Shown: positions 16,575 to 23,038 of the stretch, piece after piece | Numbering within the stretch: position 1 is the stretch's first letter | Layout: each line of letters begins with the position of its first letter | Assembly: GCA_046484135.1 (NCBI GenBank) | Contig: JAWOBU010000221.1 | Location: 1 to 23,038, forward strand | DNA: 23,038 nt | Source of the DNA: a bacterium | GTDB lineage: Bacteria > RBG-13-61-14 > DATKZS01 | Direction of reading: 5' to 3' | The notes under the pieces: model-generated | The model's database searches: none | What the model saw: only the letters and a program-made list of their open reading frames with translations | Told to the model about the DNA's origin: nothing | Position numbers and translations under genes: made by a program

Positions 16575-17857
16575 TGAAAATGAAAGAACTGCTGTTAAAA
16601 AGAGTTTTGCCCGTATTGATCGTGCTGGCCATTGGAGCGGCGGTGGCGCTGATGTTGATGAGAACCAAACCGCAGCCGCAAAGGGGCCGGCAAAAGAGTA
16701 TGGCCACTTTAGTGGAAGTAATGGAAGCCACACCAAAGAAAGACCGGGTGGTGGTGGAGGCCATGGGCACGGTAATGCCGGCGCGGAAGATAACCATCAC
16801 CCCCCAGGTGGCCGGCAAGATAAAACAGATACACCCTGACCTGGTGCCCGGCGGTCTGCTCGACAAAGGAGAGGTCCTGGTCAAAATAGACGAGCGCGAC
16901 TATGTAGCGGCCAAGGACCAGGCCTGGTCCCAGGTGGAACAAGCAAAAGCAAGTCTCCAGCTTGAACAGGGGATGCAGAGCGTGGCCCAAAGAGAGTACG
17001 AGCTCATGCAGAGGATGGACGGCAATTCCGAGGCCAATACGGAGCTCGCCCTCCGAGAGCCCCAGCTCAAACAGGCCAAGGCCAGGCTCTCGTCCGCTTA
17101 CGCCTCTTATAAAAAGGCCCGGCTCAACCTGGAACGCACCGACATCGAGGTCCCCTGGAACGCGGTGGTGCTCACCAAAGACACCGAGGTGGGCCAGTTC
17201 GTAAACCAGCAGACCAGGATCGCCACCCTGGCGGGGACCGACACCTACTGGGTGGAAGCCACCATCCAGTCAAAGCGCCTTCCCTGGATCAATCTTCCCG
17301 GCCCTTCCGGTCAGGGCGGTTCCAAAGCCACCGTCATCTATAACGCCGGCGGCAAAGACATAGTGAGTCTTTCCGGAAAGGTGATAAAGCTCCTTGCCGA
17401 CATGGAGCCGCAAAGCAGGATGGCACGACTGCTCATCGAGGTAAAAGGGCCCCTGGAGCAGCTTAAAGCAAAAGGGGAGTCGGGCATACCTCTTTTGCTC
17501 AACTCCTACGTCCGCGCCGAAATACAAGGCAAAAAGATCGAGCAGGCCTACAAGCTCCCCCGCAAGGCCCTGCGCGAAGGGGACCGGGTATGGATCATGA
17601 ACGACGATAAAGAACTCACGCCTAAAGACGTAAAAGTGGCCTGGAAAACCGAAGAAGAAGTCCTCGTTACCTCGGGGATCGAGACGGGAGACAAAATCAT
17701 TACCTCTCGAATTATCTCGCCCCTGCCGGGCATGAAGGTCACGGAGGCGGAGGAGTATGAGAACGCTTCCATGGACTCGGCAGGCGGGGAAAAGACGGGA
17801 AAACCGGGCAGTAACTCCGCAGATAAAGCTCCCGCCGGTAAAGGAGGCCGTCAATGA
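16574..17857 (+). CDS. RND efflux periplasmic adaptor (membrane fusion protein)
   Basis: N-terminal TM anchor, lipoyl half-motifs ITPQVAGKI and IEVPWNAVV, and a coiled hairpin. The ATG at 16574 overlaps the OMF stop (TAATG), so this start is preferred to 16514. Confidence 0.92.
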   Translation: MKMKELLLKRVLPVLIVLAIGAAVALMLMRTKPQPQRGRQKSMATLVEVMEATPKKDRVVVEAMGTVMPARKITITPQVAGKIKQIHPDLVPGGLLDKGEVLVKIDERDYVAAKDQAWSQVEQAKASLQLEQGMQSVAQREYELMQRMDGNSEANTELALREPQLKQAKARLSSAYASYKKARLNLERTDIEVPWNAVVLTKDTEVGQFVNQQTRIATLAGTDTYWVEATIQSKRLPWINLPGPSGQGGSKATVIYNAGGKDIVSLSGKVIKLLADMEPQSRMARLLIEVKGPLEQLKAKGESGIPLLLNSYVRAEIQGKKIEQAYKLPRKALREGDRVWIMNDDKELTPKDVKVAWKTEEEVLVTSGIETGDKIITSRIISPLPGMKVTEAEEYENASMDSAGGEKTGKPGSNSADKAPAGKGGRQ

Positions 17858-20800
17858 GCGCACCAGCGGAAAAAGGCGCCATTGCCTGGATGACAAAGAA
17901 CCCGGTTGCCGCAAACCTTCTCATGATCTGCATACTGGTGGGAGGGATGATAGCGGCCACTTCCATCCGCCAGCAGGTCTTTCCTGAATTTTACATGGAG
18001 GTCGTCAACGTCAGAGTGGTCTATCCGGGGGCCAGCCCTGAAGAAGTGGAAAACGGCATCATTAACCCGGTGGAAGAAGCGGTACGCGAGATCGAGGACG
18101 TGAAACACGTAACCTCTACTGCCCTGGAAGGCATGGGAACGGTCTCGGTCGAGTTCCTCTCCGGTATTGATCGGAACCGGGCCCTCTCCGACGTAAAGAA
18201 CAAGGTGGACAGTCTGCAAACCCTGCCGGAAGAAGCGGAAAAACCCGATATAAGCCTGGCAGAGAGTCGCAGGCCGGTAATCAAGCTGATCCTCTACGGC
18301 GACCTGGAACGGAAGACCCTGCGGGAGGAAGGAGAAAGAATCCGGGATGATCTGCTCCAGCTTGACAAGGTGACCTCGGTGGACCTCGGAGGCGCGCCCC
18401 GGCCCGAGATCAGCATCGAGATTTCTCAACAGACCCTTCGGAAGTACAACCTGACTTTGAGCGAGGTGGCCGAGCGCATTCGCCGTTCCGCAAGGGACAT
18501 CTCCGGCGGAAGCGTTATAACCGAGGGAGGGGAAATCCTCCTGCGCGTTAAAGAACGCAAGGAGTTCGGAAGCGAGCTGTGGGACATTCCCGTAGTTTCA
18601 AATTCCTCCGGCGGCAACCTGAAGCTGGGAGAGATCGCCACTATAAATGACGAGCTGGCTGAAACCGATGAGGCGAGCTTTTATAACGGCAAACCCTCCG
18701 TGAACATCAAAGTCTTTCGGGAAGGCGATCAGACCCCCATCGAGGTCGCGGATTCCATCAAAAAGTACATGAAAAGTATGGAAGGGAGCCTGCCGGCGGG
18801 CCTTAAGGTCACCGCCTATGACGACCGTTCGGAAATCTACCGGGACCGGATTTCCCTGCTTCTGAAGAACGCGGCTTTGGGTTTGGTCCTGGTTCTGCTT
18901 CTGTTGGGGACTATCCTTCAACCTCGGCTGGCCTTCTGGGTCACCCTGGGCATTCCCATATCCTTTATGGGGGCACTGCTTTTAATGCCCTCTTTTAATA
19001 TCTCCATCAACATGGTGTCATTGTTCGCTTTCATCATAGCGATCGGTATCGTGGTTGACGACGCCGTCATAGTGGGAGAGTACATCTATACTCTCCGCAA
19101 CCGGGGAATGCCTCCTGTCCAGGCCTCCATAGCCGGTACCAAGCGACTGGTCGTACCGGTGACCTTTGCCGTGCTCACCAACATCCTGGCTTTTTCTCCC
19201 CTGCTTTTTGTAGAGGGGGTGATGGGAAAAATATTCTATATAGTGCCCATTGTGGGAGGACTGGCGTTCGCCTTTTCCCTGGTGGAGGCATTCTTCATAC
19301 TTCCCGCCCATCTCGCCCATTCCAAGGCGGGCAGAAACCAAGGCCGGGTCATGGGAGGCATGGCCCGCATCCAGGACCGGGTGGCAAAAGGGCTCGAGAG
19401 ATTTATCAAAAACGTATACAGGCCTTTTTTAGAAAGAGGGCTCAGGAACCGCTACCTGGCAGTAGCAATAGGAGTGGCCGTGCTCTTGGCCACCGTGGGG
19501 TACATGAGAAGCGGTTACATCACCATGGACCTGGCCCCCGAGATGGAGACCGACGAGGTCGTCGCCTCGATCGAGCTTCCCCTCGGGTCCCCCGCAGAAG
19601 ATACGAAAAAAGTACAAGACCGGGTGATCAAAGCCGCGGAGAAAGTGTTCAGTAAACACGGAGGAGAGGACATTTACGAGGGCATCTTCTCGCATATAGG
19701 CGCCAGCGGAAGGAGAGGATGGGGCGGAGGAGGAGTCTCCCAGGGACATGCCGCCGAGGTAAGGGTCATCCTGGTGCCGCTTAAAAATCGTGAGTTCTCC
19801 GGCGAGCAGTTCGCCAACTGGTGGCGCGAGGAGACCGGCAGGATACCCGGCCTGGAAAAGCTCCGCTTCCAGGTGGAAGAGATGGGGCCGCCGGTGGGAG
19901 CTCCCGTCAACGTGGAGCTTAAACACCGGGATAATGAGGTCCTCGAGTCCGCGGCCGCTTCTCTTGCCGATACCCTGCGGAAATATCCTCAGGCCAAAGA
20001 CGTGGACGACGGTTTTTCCGGGGGAAAACCACAGTTCGATTTCAAACTCTCTCCCGAAGCCTACGGTCTCGGCCTTACCCCGGCCACCGTGGGCAGACAG
20101 ATACGGGCCCGCTACTACGGCGCCGAGGCACTCCGGCTCCAGCGCGGACGCAACGAAATAAAGGTTATGGTCAGATATCCGGAAGAAGAACGCGAACAGA
20201 TGCAGAGCCTGGAAGACCTGCTTATCCAGACACCCGGAGGGGGACTGCTTCCATTGGATGAGCTCACCACCATAAAAGTGGGAAGCGCTTATAATCAGAT
20301 CGAACACCTGGACGGCAGAAGGGTCTTGGAGGTGACCGCCAAAACCACTTCCTCCCAAGGCAAGGGGAAAATAATGAATCTGCTGAACAGTGAAGTGCTT
20401 CCCGATCTGCAGAACAAATATCCCGGCCTTTCTTCCAGCATGGGCGGTGAACAGAGGGAAATCTCCGAAAGTATGACCAGCCTGCTCCGGTCCGCGGCCC
20501 TGGCGCTTATCGTTATCTTTGTGTTACTGGGCTTCGTCTTCAGAAGCTACATCCAGCCACTCATCATCATGTCCGCCATCCCCTTCGGCGTGGTGGGCGC
20601 ATTGATTGGACATATCATCATGGGCTACAACTTCAGTATTATAAGCCTGATGGGAATCGCCGCTCTCTCCGGCGTGGTCATAAACGACAGTCTGCTTTTG
20701 ATAGACTTCGCCAATGAAAGGAGGCGCGAAGGGGCCTCCATCTTCGAGGCCGCAGCCGAGGCCGGCCATTTGAGGTTCCGGCCCGTTATCCTCACCACCT

Positions 20801-21036
20801 TTACCACTTTCCTGGGGCTCTCGCCCATGATCTTCGAGACCTCCATGCAGGCCCGGATGATGATTCCCATGGCCATATCCTTGGGGTTCGGTCTGTTGTT
20901 CTCCACCATGATCATCCTGGTCCTGGTGCCCTGCTTCTATCTGATCGTCGAAGACTTAAAAAAGCTCTTCACCTTGAAGCACAAACAAGAAAGCCCGGAG
21001 ACCGCTACTGCCCCTCCGGAAGACGAAACCGCCTGA
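17854..21036 (+). CDS. RND efflux permease (AcrB/AcrD/AcrF family)
   Basis: 1060 aa with NPVAANLLM, YPGASPEEVE, GIVVDDAVIVGE (TM4) and RFRPVILTT (TM11). ATGA overlap with the MFP gene. Confidence 0.96.
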   Translation: MSAPAEKGAIAWMTKNPVAANLLMICILVGGMIAATSIRQQVFPEFYMEVVNVRVVYPGASPEEVENGIINPVEEAVREIEDVKHVTSTALEGMGTVSVEFLSGIDRNRALSDVKNKVDSLQTLPEEAEKPDISLAESRRPVIKLILYGDLERKTLREEGERIRDDLLQLDKVTSVDLGGAPRPEISIEISQQTLRKYNLTLSEVAERIRRSARDISGGSVITEGGEILLRVKERKEFGSELWDIPVVSNSSGGNLKLGEIATINDELAETDEASFYNGKPSVNIKVFREGDQTPIEVADSIKKYMKSMEGSLPAGLKVTAYDDRSEIYRDRISLLLKNAALGLVLVLLLLGTILQPRLAFWVTLGIPISFMGALLLMPSFNISINMVSLFAFIIAIGIVVDDAVIVGEYIYTLRNRGMPPVQASIAGTKRLVVPVTFAVLTNILAFSPLLFVEGVMGKIFYIVPIVGGLAFAFSLVEAFFILPAHLAHSKAGRNQGRVMGGMARIQDRVAKGLERFIKNVYRPFLERGLRNRYLAVAIGVAVLLATVGYMRSGYITMDLAPEMETDEVVASIELPLGSPAEDTKKVQDRVIKAAEKVFSKHGGEDIYEGIFSHIGASGRRGWGGGGVSQGHAAEVRVILVPLKNREFSGEQFANWWREETGRIPGLEKLRFQVEEMGPPVGAPVNVELKHRDNEVLESAAASLADTLRKYPQAKDVDDGFSGGKPQFDFKLSPEAYGLGLTPATVGRQIRARYYGAEALRLQRGRNEIKVMVRYPEEEREQMQSLEDLLIQTPGGGLLPLDELTTIKVGSAYNQIEHLDGRRVLEVTAKTTSSQGKGKIMNLLNSEVLPDLQNKYPGLSSSMGGEQREISESMTSLLRSAALALIVIFVLLGFVFRSYIQPLIIMSAIPFGVVGALIGHIIMGYNFSIISLMGIAALSGVVINDSLLLIDFANERRREGASIFEAAAEAGHLRFRPVILTTFTTFLGLSPMIFETSMQARMMIPMAISLGFGLLFSTMIILVLVPCFYLIVEDLKKLFTLKHKQESPETATAPPEDETA

Positions 21037-21057
21037 AAGAACCTGCCGGCATAAAAG

Positions 21058-21081
21058 GGGACGGAGGGCTTTCTCCGTCCC
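21058..21081. terminator. Hairpin after the efflux operon (probable terminator)
   Basis: Perfect 9 bp stem GGGACGGAG/CTCCGTCCC with a 6-nt loop, 21 bp after the stop. The U-tract is weak on the + strand; an A-run lies upstream. Confidence 0.55.
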
Positions 21082-21128
21082 ACTTGCGGATGCACTCTCC
21101 AAGATCATGTTTCCAAAATAAATCTTTG

Positions 21129-21327
21129 TTTCACGCAAAGTCGCAAAGGTAAAACAAAAGATTCGGGCCGTTGCCGTTTTTTATGGAAAGCATCTTCCGG
21201 CCCGCCTGTCCGAGGATCTCGGTCTCTAAAAACCCCGACTTCGCCGGATTACTAAGGCGGTTTTATCTTCAGTTCTTCAAGTTCAAAAGAAATTCTCGGT
21301 TCTCTGCGTCTCGGCGCCTCTGCGTGA
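21129..21327. repeat. Inverted pair of TCACGCARAG-family repeats (copies 2 and 3)
   Basis: 21129-21158 TTTCACGCAAAGTCGCAAAGGTAAAACAAA, and 21301-21327, whose reverse complement is TCACGCAGAGGCGCCGAGACGCAGAGA. Confidence 0.6.
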
Positions 21328-21375
21328 TATGACTCTCTGCCATCGTTCTATACCGGGAAGAGCAATGGTCTAATA

Positions 21376-21400
21376 TGTGCGAGCGGCTTTAGTCGCGAAT
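21376..21400 (+). repeat. Solitary degenerate REP-like palindrome
   Basis: TGTGCGAGCGGCTTTAGTCGCGAAT resembles the GT(A/G)G-family REP layout (GTRGGAGCGGCTTTAGCCGCGA), recalled from memory. Confidence 0.35.
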
Positions 21401-21419
21401 AACAACGGCTTTTTCCCTT

Positions 21420-21494
21420 GCCACATTTTCGCCACATCTCTTCACAAAAACGTAACTTCGCCGCCATCATCGCAGTTCATCCGCGGTTTATAAT
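21420..21494 (+). promoter_or_regulatory. Tandem direct repeats (OmpR-family binding site candidate) plus -10 box
   Basis: GCCACAT (21420), GCCACAT (21431) and TTCACAA (21441) have a 10-11 bp period. TATAAT at 21489-21494 lacks a good -35. Confidence 0.45.
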
Positions 21495-21660
21495 TTTCGC
21501 AAATTTAAAACCGGGGGCCGCGGCGGTGCTATTCTAAAAAAGGATTCAGACGAATGAAGCGAAAACTGAACAAACGAAGGTTTCTCTTTTTGAAAGCCAG
21601 TTTCCAACCTGAGGGGATTTTGCTAGGATGATCGAAAATCTTGCCGCCGGAGAACATGCC

Positions 21661-22347
21661 ATGGACCGGACCATACTGGTGGTTGACGATGATCCCCACA
21701 TCCGCGAGATCGTGGAGTACGCCCTTAAAAAGGCCGGCTTCCAGGTGGTGCTCGCCGAGGACGGCGAACAGGCGCTGGAGGCCTTTTACCGGCACTCGCC
21801 GGACCTGGTGGTCCTGGACATAATCATGCCCGAGATGGAAGGGACCGAGGTGTGCAAGCGGATACGGTCGGAAAGCAATGTGCCCGTCATATTCTTGACC
21901 TCGGTGGACGAGGAGGTGGACAGGATACTCGGACTGGAGATGGGAGGAGACGACTACGTAACCAAGCCCTTCAGCCCCCGCGAGCTCACCGCCCGCGTAA
22001 AAACAGTGCTGAAAAGAAGCGCCGCTCCTTACGAGCCAGCGGAAAGACCGGCCGTACTTCAACACGGCAAGCTCCGCCTGGACCTGGACAGGTACCAGGT
22101 CTTCTGGGGCGTAGAGGAGGTTTCTCTTACGGTCACCGAGTTTCGCATCCTGCGGGCGCTACTGTCGTTTCCCGGCAAGGTCTACTCCCGCGACGAGCTC
22201 ATGGACCGGGCCTACCCCGACGGGAGCGTAGTAACAGACCGGACCATTGACACCCACATAAAAAGGATCCGAAAGAAGTTCGAGTCCAAGGGATGGAACC
22301 CCGTCGAAACCGTGCACGGCCTGGGATACCGGGTCATGGAGGAATAG
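21661..22347 (+). CDS. OmpR/PhoB-family response regulator (CreB/ChvI-like)
   Basis: Receiver motifs ILVVDDD, VVLDIIMP and DDYVTKPFSPREL; winged helix DRTIDTHIKRIRKK...ETVHGLGY. GGAG lies 8 nt before the ATG at 21661. The alternative start is 21628. Confidence 0.95.
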   Translation: MDRTILVVDDDPHIREIVEYALKKAGFQVVLAEDGEQALEAFYRHSPDLVVLDIIMPEMEGTEVCKRIRSESNVPVIFLTSVDEEVDRILGLEMGGDDYVTKPFSPRELTARVKTVLKRSAAPYEPAERPAVLQHGKLRLDLDRYQVFWGVEEVSLTVTEFRILRALLSFPGKVYSRDELMDRAYPDGSVVTDRTIDTHIKRIRKKFESKGWNPVETVHGLGYRVMEE

Positions 22348-22348
22348 A

Positions 22349-23038
22349 ATGAAACGCCCCTCCGTGAAAAGGACTTACTCCCTGCGCTCCCTGGTTATCC
22401 TGATTAACCTGCTGGTCCTGGCCCTCCCCGTCATAAGCCTTCTGGCACTGCGCATCTTCGAGAACATCGTGCACCGGCAGACCGAGATGAAGCTCACCGC
22501 AGAGGCCGCTTATGTAAGGTCGCTGTACCTTGACGCACTCGCAGGCGCGTTGCAGGAGGGAAGTACTACCAGGCAAAGATTGCTCATGCCGGTTGAAAAC
22601 TCTCCTCATCACGCCGACGACTATTGGAGACCTTACCCGCCCCGGATAGACCTCACGGAAGACCCGGTACTGCCGCCCGGGCCGGAAAGCTTGAAAAACA
22701 CGATACCCCCGCATCCTGCCGCCATAAAGGCGGGAAAATACATTCAACCCATCTTGAAAGAAGCACAGCGCATAAGCCTCTCCGGCATCCGCGTACTGGA
22801 CTCCCGAGGAGTGGTGGTCGCAAGCAGCGGCAGCCAGCTCGGTGAAAACCTGAAGAACCGGCCCGAGGTCCAAAAGGCCCTTACCGGCCAATACTCGTCT
22901 GTACTGAGAAGCAGGGAAGATGCCGCGTTAGAGGACCTGGGGCCCATAAGCCGGGCCTCCCGGGTGCGCACCTACGTGGCTCTGCCCATCCTGGTGGACG
23001 ACAAAGACGTGGCGGGAGTGGCCTATCTGCACCGGACC
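22349..23038 (+). CDS. Sensor histidine kinase, N-terminal part (CreC/ChvG-like), truncated by the window edge
   Basis: Not in the ORF track because it has no stop in the window. The open frame from the ATG at 22349 reads MKRPSVKRTYSLRSLVILINLLVLALPVISLLALRIFEN (TM1), then an extracytoplasmic Cache-like region IRVLDSRGVVVASS...PEVQKALTG...YVALPI. It starts 1 bp after the regulator stop. The kinase core is not visible. Confidence 0.85.
   Translation, partial: MKRPSVKRTYSLRSLVILINLLVLALPVISLLALRIFENIVHRQTEMKLTAEAAYVRSLYLDALAGALQEGSTTRQRLLMPVENSPHHADDYWRPYPPRIDLTEDPVLPPGPESLKNTIPPHPAAIKAGKYIQPILKEAQRISLSGIRVLDSRGVVVASSGSQLGENLKNRPEVQKALTGQYSSVLRSREDAALEDLGPISRASRVRTYVALPILVDDKDVAGVAYLHRT

Noticed and set aside
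19429..20358. 309 aa minus-strand ORF and other antisense ORFs within fdh, GH15 and the efflux genes
   Set aside because: They are shadows of well-supported genes on the opposite strand.

Overview
GC-rich bacterial chromosomal window. The gene content and selenocysteine use suggest an anaerobic diderm such as a deltaproteobacterium, but this is inference. From left to right: (1) a noncoding ~900 bp holding two elements bounded by inverted repeats; (2) a stand-alone selenocysteine formate dehydrogenase alpha subunit, one gene at 946-3633 that the ORF track splits at a UGA followed by a canonical SECIS hairpin; (3) a minus-strand operon of a TPR soluble lytic transglycosylase, a membrane-anchored CX5R phosphatase and an exported transglutaminase-like protein whose catalytic Cys appears to be Tyr; (4) a Tat-exported sulfatase divergent from an exported GH15-like glycoside hydrolase; (5) a truncated alpha/beta-hydrolase remnant; (6) a secreted Ca-binding, dockerin-like protein; (7) a ~130 bp MITE with a target-site duplication; (8) a TetR-OMF-MFP-RND efflux operon; (9) an OmpR-family regulator and a sensor kinase running off the right edge. 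No rRNA, tRNA, CRISPR array, transposase or integrase was seen. No clearly new system can be proven from sequence alone. The best candidates are the Slt/phosphatase/pseudo-transglutaminase envelope operon and the structured, repeat-bounded noncoding elements.
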